Shown: piece by piece, positions 22,552-42,920 of the stretch
Layout: the number at the start of each line of letters is the position of its first letter
How positions within the stretch are numbered: position 1 is the first letter of the stretch
DNA from: Macrostomum lignano
Taxonomy: Eukaryota
Assembly (NCBI GenBank): GCA_002269645.1
Contig: NIVC01002144.1
Coordinates: forward strand, 1 to 64,000
Direction of reading: 5' to 3'
Length of the DNA stretch: 64,000 bases
The notes under the pieces: model-generated
The model's database searches: none
The model's input: only the letters and a program-made list of their open reading frames with translations
What the model was told of the DNA's origin: nothing
Made by a program: the position numbers and the translations under genes

Positions 22552-24561
22552 ATGTCTGGAGAAGGCGGTAAGTTACAGCAGTTACAGCTGATGGAGCTAG
22601 GGTAGCCCCAAGCATATCGAAAAATCCCGAATGGTCACCAGATCCCGAATGGCGCCCTCACCAGATCCCGAATGGCGCCCACACCAGATTCCGAATACTG
22701 CCCTCAGCAGATCCCGAATAACGCCCTCACCAGATCCCGAATGGCGCCCACACCAGATTCCGAATACTGCCCTCAGCAGATCCCGAATGGCGCCCTCAGC
22801 AGATCCCGAATTGCGACCTCACCAGATCCCGAATGGCGCCCTCACCAGATCCCGAATGGCGCCCTCACAAATCCCAAATGGCGACCTCACCAGATTCCGA
22901 TTGGTGCCCTCACCAGATCCCGAATGGCGCCCTCAGCAAATCCCAAATGGCGACCTCACCAGATCCCGAATGGCGCCCTCACCAGATCCCGAATGGCGCT
23001 CTCACCTAATCCTGAATGGCACCCTCAGCAGAATTCGAACGGCGCCCCTCCCAAACAGACCCAAACGACGCCTCTACCGAAACAGACCTGATCCTAAAAA
23101 TGGTAACTACTCAGCCCCTTTTCCATTCAAAATGGTGCCAGCATAGCAAAACCTAGGCCGATCCGTCGTAGCACCCCCCCTCCCCCACCAGAACCCAGTT
23201 GTAGCACCCACTGGTAAAATTATCTTTATCCTTAGATTATACCGTACATTTAATGGAAATTATTTTACGCATTTGCATCTGAAAATTTACTTCGAAGTAT
23301 TAGCTGTTGCAAAGCGACAACGCCCCTATTTTGGCATTTCAGAAGAGGCCCCAGCGGCAGAGGTTAGTTCGATCAACATTATTTTTAGTTCGCATGGTAA
23401 AGGCAGAACGTAACCCCACAGTGCTTCTTGCCGGCCGTAAACGACCGCGGCATTGGGGCATTGTATATTAATAAGAAATCTTTACTGCTAATTTAGGGTC
23501 GTCCTAAGCATCAGCTTAATCAAACAATTTGCGCTATAGGGAACATTTGCGAGAGAAAGACGCTTGCTCGCAGACCCCAACCCTTACCCTACAATCTCGC
23601 CATTTCTGATCAACCGCCCACGTCCTGCTTGCTGCTGCTGCGTAGTTGATGCGCCCATGTAATTGGTACCGTTCAGACTAAAGTAAATAAGAGAAATTAT
23701 TTATGACTAACTATATGCTGAACTGCTTCCTGCAAAGCTTGCAAATCTTATTACACAGGGTTCTTTGTACTGACCTGATTTGGACTCACTGTACACAATG
23801 CATCTGACTCGTAAAACTTTCAGACCACGACTACAACTGAGGAGATGAAGACAGTCGAAGAGACAACTACAGAGGTTTGGTCCTTTCTTGGCTCTGTGTT
23901 TCAGTTGGACTGCATGATCGATACTTATTGCAACTGTTGTATCTCACGTCTATCCCCCCGCCTGTCCCATCTCATTCCCTTCTAGCCAATCATGGGCTAG
24001 CCTAGCCTAGCATATGTACACTTCCTGTCCCATCTACCCTCCGTCAACAGCCTCACTCTATCGCTCTCATCTCTGATTGGCTATCGCAGCGTCCAGTGAA
24101 GTTTGACATTTAGCTCAGAGATCGAAATAAGTGGATTGGGTTCAAATCGCGCACAGTAAGTACACTTGACTGAATAAGAGAGGGGCTGGCTGGATTTCTA
24201 TGTTTCTCTTTGCTTTCTCTCTCTGTCCCCAGCCTGCCTCCCAATCATTTCCTATGTACACTCAGTCAGTCAGTCAGTCAGTTGTGTCTAAATGTCTATT
24301 TTCTCTTTCCCACCAGTACCCACGAATAACAACCTCATTCCTCAGCCTCCCTTTCAATCCGATTGGCTATCGAATCGATTGACAAATAAGGTCAAATCAA
24401 CGCTCTCGTCTCAGTTAATGTTATCAACATAAGATTTTCTTCTTTTCCAGGAAGCAAAAGCCGGCGATGCCTCTAATGGCGACTCCAAGGCTAAAGAGGG
24501 CGACGTGAACAAGAACGTGAAAGACCAACAGCCTGGCAATGTCTGCTGCAACATTGTGTGA
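22552..24561 (+). CDS. 65-aa acidic disordered protein with a C-terminal CaaX motif (CCNIV). Exons: 22552-22567, 23343-23362, 23824-23874, 24451-24561
   Basis: All introns GT-AG and phases consistent (1,0,0). Translation MSGEGEEAPAAETTTTTEEMKTVEETTTEEAKAGDASNGDSKAKEGDVNKNVKDQQPGNVCCNIV*; AATAAA at 24565-24570. Confidence 0.75.
22630..23060. repeat. 23-bp minisatellite (CAGATCCCGAATGGCGCCCTCAC)n in intron 1 of the CaaX gene
   Basis: Direct periodicity. Confidence 0.9.
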
Positions 24562-25219
24562 CACAATAAATTGCTTTGTTTAATAAACGAATGCTACGGT
24601 AAACAGTCAATTACGGGCAACTCTTGATAATGAGTACTTCTGTAAATCTTAGTGTTATGTGCTCATCAACAGCTAACCCCTCCAACTGACACTGTGATGG
24701 GCATGCGAAACTTTTAGATCATGTGTAACAGCGTGAGTTGGGAGAGGATTTCAGCTGAATACTCGTATGCCCCAATGGACGAAATTGTTTATTTTCGTAA
24801 TTCAAAAACGTTTGAAGGAATTTAAATTAAATATTGCAATCACTATAAAGCTTTTTGCTCAGTAACTAAACATCTTTAAGTTATACAACGTCAGCTTTTT
24901 CTCAAAAATTGGGTCCTGGAATTCCTTGTTTCGATTAAACAAACTTTAAATAATAAACATCGATAAAAGACTGTCGTTATCTCCTTATGCCTTTTATGTG
25001 GTGAAGGATCTAATAAAAATAGTTTTTATTTGCTAATTGACCGATAAATTGTTTAAATTCAACAATAGTCAACGTACATCTACATTGCAACTGCATATCC
25101 GGTATACAAAGCAGCACGATCTGTATACTCACTCGTATGTTTATCCAGGTGCTTTATTTGAAGCTTTCGAACAACGTAAATAATTTATTACGTACATGTC
25201 CTGCCCATCACTTAAAATC

Positions 25220-25480
25220 CATAGGCCGCAGCCCAGAGGTCCAGCGCGGCGCTCTGATGTGCCAGTGGCCCAGGCTCGATTCAAAGTGCAGTCACATTAA
25301 TTTGGGGCGGCTAAATTGGAATCTCAGCTTGGCTCTGCTCGCGCAATTAACGGCCTTGAGGGCCAACCCACAAGGCGCAGTGAAGTGTACATGCCTAACG
25401 ATAAATAAAGTCAGGGCCACTGTACACTCCTGTGTGAGTGTGTGCCTGCGCGTATGACTGCGTACGTATCCGCGCGCATC
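25220..25480 (+). mobile_element. tRNA-derived SINE, family A, copy 1
   Basis: Degenerate A box and GGCTCGATTC B box; body closely similar to the copy at 31198-31455. Confidence 0.7.
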
Positions 25481-25544
25481 TATTAATGCTGTAATAGGTT
25501 TTTAAGGATTTTAGAGGATTTGGACTTAAAGAATCTAGGAGGGC

Positions 25545-25862
25545 TGTGGTCTAGCAACTGAGAATCTGGGAGGCTGGCCCAGAGGCTGAGGATTTGGGAG
25601 GCTTGTCCAACAACTGAGGATCTGATAGACTTGTCCAACAACTGAGGATCTTAAAGGCTGGCCCAGCAACTGAGGATCTGAGAGGCTGGCCCAGGGACTG
25701 ATGATCTGAGAGGCTTGTCCAACAACTGAGGATCTGGGAGGCTGGCCCAGCAACTGAGGATCTGGGAGGGAGGCTGGCCCAGTAACTGAGGATCTGGGAG
25801 GCTGGCACAGCAACTGGGGATCTGGGAGGCTGGCCCAGCAACTGAGGATCTGAGAGGCCCAG
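25545..25862. repeat. ~28-bp minisatellite (GGGAGGCTGGCCCAGCAACTGAGGATCT)n
   Basis: Direct periodicity. Confidence 0.9.
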
Positions 25863-26163
25863 GAAATACTAGGAACTGAGAGTTCCTAAGATTCAAGCAT
25901 AAATTGAAAGATCAGAGGCATTCGTCACTAATCGGTAGCTACATCGCTAGAAACCTGGGCACGTGCGTTTTTGACGGCGACGTGAACGACTCCTCAGGTA
26001 GCTGACGCTGCGGCGGTGGCTGCGACTCCAGCCAGTTCCGAGACTGCGCCGCCTGGTGCGCCTCGTCTAAACCACTGTGATTCAGAGGCCACCGACCAAA
26101 TAATGCCTCGCTGGCTGGAGCTCTGAAAGGTGAGGCGAAGCAACGATGCGTCTTTGTGAAACT

Positions 26164-26650
26164 AACCAACCAACCAACCAACCAACCAACCAACCAACCA
26201 ACCAACCAACCAACCAACCAACCAACCAACCAACCAACCAACCAACCAACCAACCAACCAACCAACCAACCAACCAACCAACCAACCAACCAACCAACCA
26301 ACCAACCAACCAACCAACCAACCAACCAACCAACCAACCAACCAACCAACCAACCAACCAACCAACCAACCAACCAACCAACCAACCAACCAACCAACCA
26401 ACCAACCAACCAACCAACCAACCAACCAACCAACCAACCAACCAACCAACCAACCAACCAACCAACCAACCAACCAACCAACCAACCAACCAACCAACCC
26501 AACCAACCAACCAACCAACCAACCAACCAACCAACCAACCAACCAACCAACCAACCAACCAACCAACCAACCAACCAACCAACCAACCAACCAACCAACC
26601 AACCAACCAACCAACCAACCAACCAACCAACCAACCAACCAACCAACCAA
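26164..26650. repeat. (ACCA)n microsatellite
   Basis: 4-bp period, about 490 bp; the NQPT and LVGW ORFs are artefacts. Confidence 0.99.
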
Positions 26651-26683
26651 TCAACCAACGAACTAACCAAAAAATCGAACACA

Positions 26684-28527
26684 TTAACTAACAAACCTTG
26701 CCGAGGCGTGCTGTTGCTCCATCACTGCTGTCAGCATCCGAGGATGCCGAGAGCTCGCTGACTCTCCCAGCTCCGTCTCCGATGGCACCGCTCGAAGCCG
26801 ACGCCTTGATCTGATGATCAGAGACTCAGCGGGGTCGAGGCAGCACTGGACGATCTTGTCGTTGAGTCCGCTGACAACCACGATGTCCGCATCGTCTGCA
26901 GAAGTGCCGTGCCAAGTGCAGCCGCTGTGAAGCGATGCCTCCGATGTAGTGAACCGTCCGGACAGGTGGCGGGCTCGAGCTGGCATCACCCGGTCAGTCG
27001 TGGGCAGCAGCTCGGCGCTCAGGCTGGTGAGGGTCTCCATGCTGGGCAGCGTGAGCAGGTCTCGGGAGCCACCCAGTCCGTCGCCACCGCAGGGAGACAC
27101 CTGCGAGATCAGAGAATAGCGGACAGAGTAGTATTCGAACCTTAATATTATAATCCCAGAATCTGTTTCAGAATTTAGGAGCTTCAGAATTGGGAATCTT
27201 AAAATTAATAATAATCATAATAATAATTGCTTACACCTGCCCTACTCGTCAGATGTGCAACCAAGGACCACTAGAAGAAGAAATAAACAGTTGGCTATAA
27301 TTATATGCATAGCTATACGAGCGTAGTACGATGCATAGCTAAGGTAGCTACATGGCTCGTATTTAAATACTTTTTTATACGGTAAAAAAAGTATAAAACT
27401 AAAATGAATAAGCAGTGAATTGGACATATAATTATAGCCAACTGTTTTTTAATGATATATTGCTAATAAATAGATGCATTCGATTAAGCAGATATTGTAA
27501 AATTCAAGTTAGTCAGTAGTTAGCTTTAAACTATAATTGCTGCATGATATAGCTAGTAACTAAAATAATACGAAGATCAATTATTCATGAAAAATCTTTA
27601 TAAAATCCGTTGAAGCAACATGTTTTGTAAGTTATATCAAAGGAAGAGCTTTGTATCTGCTTCCAATAAAAAGCTATCACAATTTTAAAGTAAAAAAAGT
27701 GAAAAGTTCCCATCTCGCTAGTGCATTTTTCCGTGAAAATCAGCCTTTAATAAATTTTCCAAGAAACGAAGTGTCCCGTCCTTCTTCTTCTAGTGGTCCT
27801 TGTGTGCAACCGACAGCTCAGCCGCAACTATTGCGCGGTGCATCTAAAGGCTGCGTACGGCTGTTCAGTCCAAGGACTGGGGGGAGGGGGGGTCGCCACA
27901 CGCACCCTCAATTACCCCAGCTAATGCTGACACCCATGCCTGACACCCACGTCTGACACCCACGCACCCTCGATTACCCGAGCTAATGCTGACACCCATT
28001 TTACAGAGCCTGGGTGAACTGAAGCAATGCAGAGTTAAGTGCCTTGCTCAATGACAAACTGTTCCGAGTGGGTCGAGAATCGAACCCCCAACCTTTCAGT
28101 CATGAGTCCGACGCTCTGACCACTAGGCTACAGCCCCCTTGAAATTAGGTCAGAATAGGAAGCTCGGAAGCTCAGAGTCTCAAAGCATCACCTGAATGGC
28201 CACAGTACGCCTGTCAAGAGCCAACCTAATAAACGGCTGCATCGCTCGTTTCAAGTTGCGCCTCCTTTGCCGTTCCTCTTCCACGCGTACAGTCGGAGTG
28301 CTGCGCAGAAAGGCGCTCACCTCCCGGTCCAGCTCCCGCTTCCCAGCTCGCCGGTTGATGTGCGACACAATCATGAACAGGATGGCCATGGCGTAGACCG
28401 TCACCACCGTCACAACGTACCACATGGCGCCGTTGTGATCGTAGGGAGTCTCAGCTGGAGCCGTAGTCACCGGCGGGGCACCAGTGCCGTTCGACAGCAG
28501 TCCCAACAAATAAGTTCGGCGACCCAT
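26684..28527 (-). CDS. Single-pass membrane protein, KCNE-like topology, 250 aa. Exons: 28527-28192 and 27100-26684
   Basis: N-terminal NGT sequon; TM segment [21 protein letters not shown]; juxtamembrane [16 protein letters not shown]. Phase-0 GT-AG intron (CAG|gtgatg...tcgcag|GTG). Confidence 0.7.
27820..28138 (-). mobile_element. tRNA-derived SINE, family B, in the intron of the TM gene
   Basis: Minus strand reads GGGGCTGTAGCCTAGTGG (A box)...GGTTCGATTC (B box), then a GCAAGGCACTTAAC...GTAAAATGGGT body reminiscent of V/Meta-type SINE cores; second copy at about 49900-50127. Confidence 0.75.
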
Positions 28528-28959
28528 TGCTGACAGGCCAACTTGTCAGGCTATAGAATTCTCGCGAGCTCGAGGTGAATTGGTTTTAAGAAAGAATGAA
28601 GCGGGAGGAGGGAGAGAAAAGACAGAGAGTAAAGGCTTACTGAGATGGCCTTTGCATTAACTGCAGCCCCACCTCAACTGTCTTCTCTACCATATAGTCC
28701 TTCAGACTCGCCTAGAACCGCCATTTTCCTGCTTTGCAGATAGAATGCAAACTTACTATATAGATAATAAACACTGCTATATGGCAAGTTAAGATACACG
28801 CAAGTCTGCATAATATTGTACCGCTTTGTGGTGCATAAAATAATTGGACAACTACAGACAATAGTTCGTATTTTTAGAGATTCAATGTGATATACGATGC
28901 AATTGTAGAGTGTAATTGCTTCATTTTGGAGTAACTGGTATCTGACTTTAATAGATACG

Positions 28960-29190
28960 TAGGGCACTGATGTTGGGGCACTGATGTGTTGGGGCACTGA
29001 TGTGTTGGGGCACTGATGTGTTGGGGCACTGATGTATTGGGGCACTGATGTATTGGGGCACTGATGTTGGGGCACTGATGTTGGGGCACTGACGTATTAG
29101 GGCACTGATGTTAGAGCACTGATGCTTGATGCTGGGGCACTGATGTTGGGGCACTGATGTTGGGGCACTGATGTTGGGGCACTGATGTGT
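28960..29190. repeat. ~15-17-bp minisatellite (GGGGCACTGATGT(GT)T)n, resuming at 30213-30340
   Basis: Same unit on both sides of the Gypsy remnant. Confidence 0.9.
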
Positions 29191-29195
29191 TGAGT

Positions 29196-30212
29196 TATAG
29201 CACTATGTGTTGTAGATATTACAACACTACCCAGCCGTTGATCATATAAGTACGATTCTATTATCTATGGCAGATGTTAACGGTGAAATACAGTTCTACA
29301 GCGCTAAGCTAAGAAGCCTGATTCTTTCTGGTCGCGCGCCGCCAATCCAACAATAAACGCGTAGGTCATGCGTCAGGGCCGAGCCACGACCTCAACGAGG
29401 CCGCTTCCTTGTTGTTACCCTGTAAATTGTTCGGAAAAACAGTTCATTTCGTTGTGGACACTGGTGCTGAGCGCTCCCTACTGCCTGTGGACCTCGCCCC
29501 TCGCCACCTGCTGGCACCCACGCAGGTCCGGCTACGCAGCGTCGATGGTCGCGTATTTCATACTCTCGGTCAGTGCTCACTGTCTGTCGCAGTCCCACAG
29601 CTACGCCGCCTATAGCCCGCGAACTTCATCGTGGCCGATACACCGCCGATTCTGGGTGCCGACTTCCTGGCTAAGTTCGGTCTCCTAATTGACATGCGGA
29701 ACAGACGTCTGCATGACCCAACTACTCAACTTCATGCAGCTCTTCAAGCAACAGCAGACTCTGCCCCACAGGTGCTGGCAACATCGGCAGTGTTAGCGAC
29801 ACCCCTCGATGCTTTCCCGCAGCTAGCAGAAGCCCCAGACCATCCGAGCAAGGTTGAGACCCCACCGTGTCACCTTTGCTTAAACTTTGTGTTGTTTGTG
29901 CCCCTACGGACACTACAAACATGTTCTTGTTTGCGCATGAGGCCGTTTTCATGATATTGCTGTACCGAACCGATGCATATTTAGTTATCTTCCTTTTGGG
30001 AGGGGGGTAGTTATAGCACTACAACACTACAACACTACCCAGCCGTTGATCATATAAGTACGATTCTATTATCTATGGCAGATGTTTACGGGGAAATACA
30101 GTTCTACAGCGCTAAGCTAAGAAGCCAGAGCGGCATTCCCCACCGCTAGTTTTTACACTTCGTTTCACTGCAATTATCTGCCCTTTTGTTCTTAGTTGTA
30201 GCACCCGCTACA
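29196..30212 (+). mobile_element. Internally deleted Ty3/Gypsy LTR retrotransposon remnant
   Basis: Direct repeats of about 120 bp at 29196-29318 and 30012-30128; polypurine tract GGGAGGGGGG just before the 3' copy, which ends GCTACA. Aspartic protease remnant HFVVDTGAERSLLP...ILGADFL with an in-frame stop. Confidence 0.8.
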
Positions 30213-30806
30213 GGGGCACTGATGTATCGGGGCATTGATGTATTGCGGCACTGATGTATTGGAGCATTGATGTATTGCGGCACTGATGTATTGGGGCACT
30301 GATGTTAGAGCACTGATGCTTGATGCTGTGGCACTGATTTCCCATTTCGGTTCCGTCAGTGAAGCTCCGGATGCGCACAGACTAAGATGAAAGTTCGCCC
30401 CAGCATCAAGCATCAGCGGAATTTTTGTAGCGTTGTAGATAAAAAGGGCGAAGATGAATGAATTTTAAAGAACATTTCTAAGAAACGCTACAAAGCCGTT
30501 GCCAAGTACTTGTATTTCAGCAAATCTGTAGTTGGCCTTGGAACGTTGCCAAAAATCTTTCTTTGGTTCAGTGCTGCCCTTATATAAACAAGCGAGCCCC
30601 ATGAGATGACGAATGCAAGTCTGTCAATGTCACTAGGGCTTCGGGGGCCGCCCACGACCAAGCGGATTACGTGTGCCCTATTTTTAGAACTGTTTAAACA
30701 GAAACGATTGTAGAAAAGGAGCGTCGAAGCTCTTTGAAATCTATCCAATTCATATCCAAATAGCCTTGCTGAGAATTGAAGCGCGGTAGCAGTTAAGGCC
30801 TCGGAA

Positions 30807-32423
30807 ATGCTGGAATTGAATTCCTTTAAGAGTCTTCAGGTTTTATCGGCTGTGGCTCTGTTGCTGACCAGCTGCTGCAGCGTTGATTCATCAGCCTCTA
30901 AGCAGGATGACGCACGAATCTTTCGCCAGATTCGAAGAGACGAAATTCAATGCGAGGCGAACCTCCAGCTGCCGCGTTGCGAGGGGAACTCAGAAGCTGC
31001 TGACTCAGACTGCTACTTGGTTGAGGAGTCGCCGAGGCAGGAGTTCGGTGGCGGCCACGGCGGTGGCGGCGGCGGCAGGAACATCTTGAAAAGCGGCGAG
31101 TGGAACCGGATGAGGCGGGCGATGCAGGTAACTGCATATTGCATATTCCTCCTTTTTTAGATTATCTAGCTTAAACATTTTATATCTTGTACATTCAGGG
31201 GCCGTAGCTCAGTGGTCTGGCGCGGCGTTCTGATATGCCAGCGGCCCAGGCTCGATTCCAAGTGCAGTCACATTAATTTGGGGCTAAATTGTAACTCGGC
31301 TTAGCTCTGCTCGTGCAATGAACGCTCTTCAGCGCCAGCCCCTATTGCACACAGTGAAGTGTACGTGCCTGACGATAAATAAAGTTAGGGCCGCTGTACA
31401 CTCTTGTGTGAGAGTGTGCCTGTGCGTATGACTGCGTATACGTATCTGCGCGCTTTTGTGCCTGCTCAGGGGTGTCGGCGGAATAGGCAGTAATGCCTCT
31501 CGCCGGTTGTGCGACAATGTCGCTTAAAGTGCGCCAGGGAGCACCTCTAATAACAAAATATTATATGTTGTGCATTACCTAGACTGTAAATTAAGTTAAA
31601 TATTCGCCTACGTCGTATTACATGTAGCCTGGACTCACGCATTAAATGTACTCTTCTTCACCCTTATCTTTCTGTCCCACTTAGCTTGGCCCCACGCATT
31701 CAACGTACACTTCACCCTTATCTTTCTGTCCCACTTAGCTTGGCCCCACGCATTCAACGTACACTTCACCCTTATCTTTCTGTCCCACTTAGCTTGGCCC
31801 CACGCATTCAATGTACACTTCACCCTTATCTTTCTGTCCTACTTAGCTTGGCCCCGCGCATTCAACGTACACTTCACCCTTATCTTTCTGTCCCACTTAG
31901 CTTGGCCCCACGCATTCAACGTACACTTCACCCTTATCTTTCTGTCCTACTTAGCTTGGCCCCACGCATTCAATGTACACCCCCACGTAAAAAACTCCAA
32001 TGTACATGTACATCCAGCCCCACTCTCTCAGCCGTTTGAAAACTCCTTCCTGACCCGCAGTCAATCGCCAGCGAGTCCCGCCTATCGGACAGCTATCCAT
32101 CAGCAATGAGCGACACGGTATTTCAACCGCTGTCGGATCTTCGCGACCGCTACTGCCCAGTCGCCTACAGACTCGACGCCGACCCCAGCCGATTTCCCGT
32201 CCTGATAGTGCAGGCGGACTGTCTCCACGGGCAGGGAGCCCGTTGCCTGGGCCCTCTAGGAGACGCCTGCATCTGCCAGCCAGTGCTGCACTACAGGCAG
32301 ATCTACAACCGACTGTCGGACGGTTGCAGATACAACGGCTCCGAGCAGCTCAGAGGCGGCGTATTCGTTAAAGCTTTCGCAAATGTTAGCGTTAACTGCG
32401 CCGCTGTTAAACACGTAGTTTAA
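30807..32423 (+). CDS. Secreted Trunk/PTTH/IL-17-type cystine-knot protein precursor, 227 aa. Exons: 30807-31127 and 32061-32423
   Basis: Signal-peptide-like N-terminus, dibasic sites (IRRD, MRRA) and a phase-0 GT-AG intron. C-terminal CPVAYRLDADPSRFP...ADC...C...CQPV...R...C...VSVNC pattern. Confidence 0.75.
31198..31455 (+). mobile_element. tRNA-derived SINE, family A, copy 2 (intronic)
   Basis: GGGGCCGTAGCTCAGTGG A box and GGCTCGATTCC B box; body shared with 25220-25480. Confidence 0.75.
31640..31985. repeat. 54-bp minisatellite, about 6 copies (intronic)
   Basis: Unit TACACTTCACCCTTATCTTTCTGTCCCACTTAGCTTGGCCCCACGCATTCAACG. Confidence 0.95.
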
Positions 32424-32997
32424 ATTAGCAAATTTGATTACGAAAACTGCATTATTTATTAGTAATAGCTAGCGCTAGTATAACTGATGTTTCATAACGG
32501 GGGACCACAAAGACCACTAGAAGTTACCGGTCGTATACCTCATCAAATTAATTGAAGACTAATTAGTAAGACTAAAAACTGATGAAGCCACCTCGAACCA
32601 ACCAAACCAAAATGTTTTTTCCGTCTCGCGAATGTATTTCTCGCGATTGCAGCGGTAACTTCGTAGAGATTCTTTGATCCCTGAATCGTAAATTGAACCC
32701 TCACTGATGACGGAGAAAGTTCAAATTTACCGATCTAGTGACTCGACTTTATGGAACACCCGTTATATATTATTCTATAAAATTGTAGCATAATTGCATA
32801 GCTATATGGTATCCCATAATTCCATTAACATCAAATCAAATTAACATTTAATGTTCATTACTTATTCATCAAACTGAGTTCATGCGTACTCCGACTCTTT
32901 ATTCGTACAGTGAAACTTTTAAAATTTTGCATGACTTGCATGATTTGAGCAGACCATATTATGCAGTTCTGTGTCATTGCGCGGCCTTACGAACTTC

Positions 32998-33835
32998 ATT
33001 CACTCTCCTCTCTCTCCATTCACTCCCCCTCTCCATTCACTCCCCACTCTCCATTCACTCCCCCTCTCCATTCACTCCCCCTCTCCATTCACTCCCCACT
33101 CTCCATTCACCCCCCCTCTCCATTCACTCCCCCTCTCCATTCACTCCCCACTCTCCATTCACCCCCCTCTCCATTCACTCCCCACTCTCCATTCACTCCC
33201 ACTCTTCATTCACTCCCCACTCTCCATTCACTCCCACTCTCCATTCACTCCCCCTCTTCATTCACTCCCCTTCTCCATTCACTCCCCCTCTCCATTCACT
33301 CCCCACTCTCCATTCACTCCCCACTCTCCATTCACTCCCAATCTCCATTCACTCCCCACTCTTCATTCACTCCCACTCTTCATTCACTCCCACTCTTCAT
33401 TCACTCCCCACTCTCCATTCACTCCCCACTCTCCATTCACTCCCCACTCTCCATTCACTCCCCCTCTCCATTCACTCCCACTCTCCATTCACTCCCCACT
33501 CTCCATGCACTCCCCCTCTTCATTCACTCCCCCTCTCCATTCACTCCCACTCTTCATTCACTCCCCACTCTCCATTCACTCCCCACTCTCCATTCACTCC
33601 CCACTCTCCATTCACTCCCCACTCTCCATTCACTCCCACTCTCCATTCACTCCCCACTCTCCATTCACTCCCCACTCTCCATTCACTCCCCACTCTCCAT
33701 TCACTCCCCACTCTCCATTCACTCCCCACTCTCCATTCACTCCCCACTCTCCATTCACTCTCCACTCTCCATTCACTCCCCACTCTCCATTCACTCCCAC
33801 TCTCCATTCACTCAACCCTCTCTTCATTCACTCCC
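32998..33835. repeat. 15-16-bp minisatellite (CTCCATTCACTCCCCA)n
   Basis: Direct periodicity; the overlapping ORFs are artefacts. Confidence 0.95.
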
Positions 33836-34268
33836 CTCTGTCGATTCACTTTCCTGTCTGCCTATTTGATTTCCCACGAGCATTCAATATTCCCATGGAT
33901 TTACATTTCCTCATCACTTTGAGGCGCATCAAGCTGTTTAAATAAATAAGTCAGAAAATATTGGCCTTATTGTTTTATAGGCGCGTTTTGAATTAAAAAA
34001 GAAATTAATTTTTATAAATCAAATATTTTGGCAGAAAGAGTAATTAATTTTTTGTCTTTGTGTAAAAAAATCCAGAGTAAGCGTGATTCTTTTAAACTGC
34101 AAAATTTCGATAAAAATTAATTTCAAATTTTTTGATTTCAGTGCATTAAAACAATTTTATAGAAATTCGTTTAGCCAACAGGCTCAAGATAAATATAAGA
34201 AATCTTGATTGGTATTGTACAGTTATTAAAAGTGAATGTTTTCAATATCAGTGATGACCGCTAGAACT

Positions 34269-41841
<7,573 letters not shown>

Positions 41842-41974
41842 CTGCAATTGAAGGTCGATGGTTGTGCCCGAATCAGCTACTGGAAGTAGTACCTGAGCTT
41901 GTGAATTTATGAGCTGGGATCTGCAGACCCGGTTGCTAAGGAAGACATTAATAAGAACTGACAAATCAGAGCGA

Positions 41975-42920
<946 letters not shown>

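Noticed and set aside
22585-23213. hAT-like MITE enclosing the 23-bp array
   Set aside because: The ends match poorly and no 8-bp TSD is present.
27990-28138. tRNA-like sequences here and at 25220, 31198 and 50060-50127 as tRNA genes
   Set aside because: A and B boxes run into shared non-tRNA bodies present in two copies each, which fits SINEs; no complete cloverleaf was verified.
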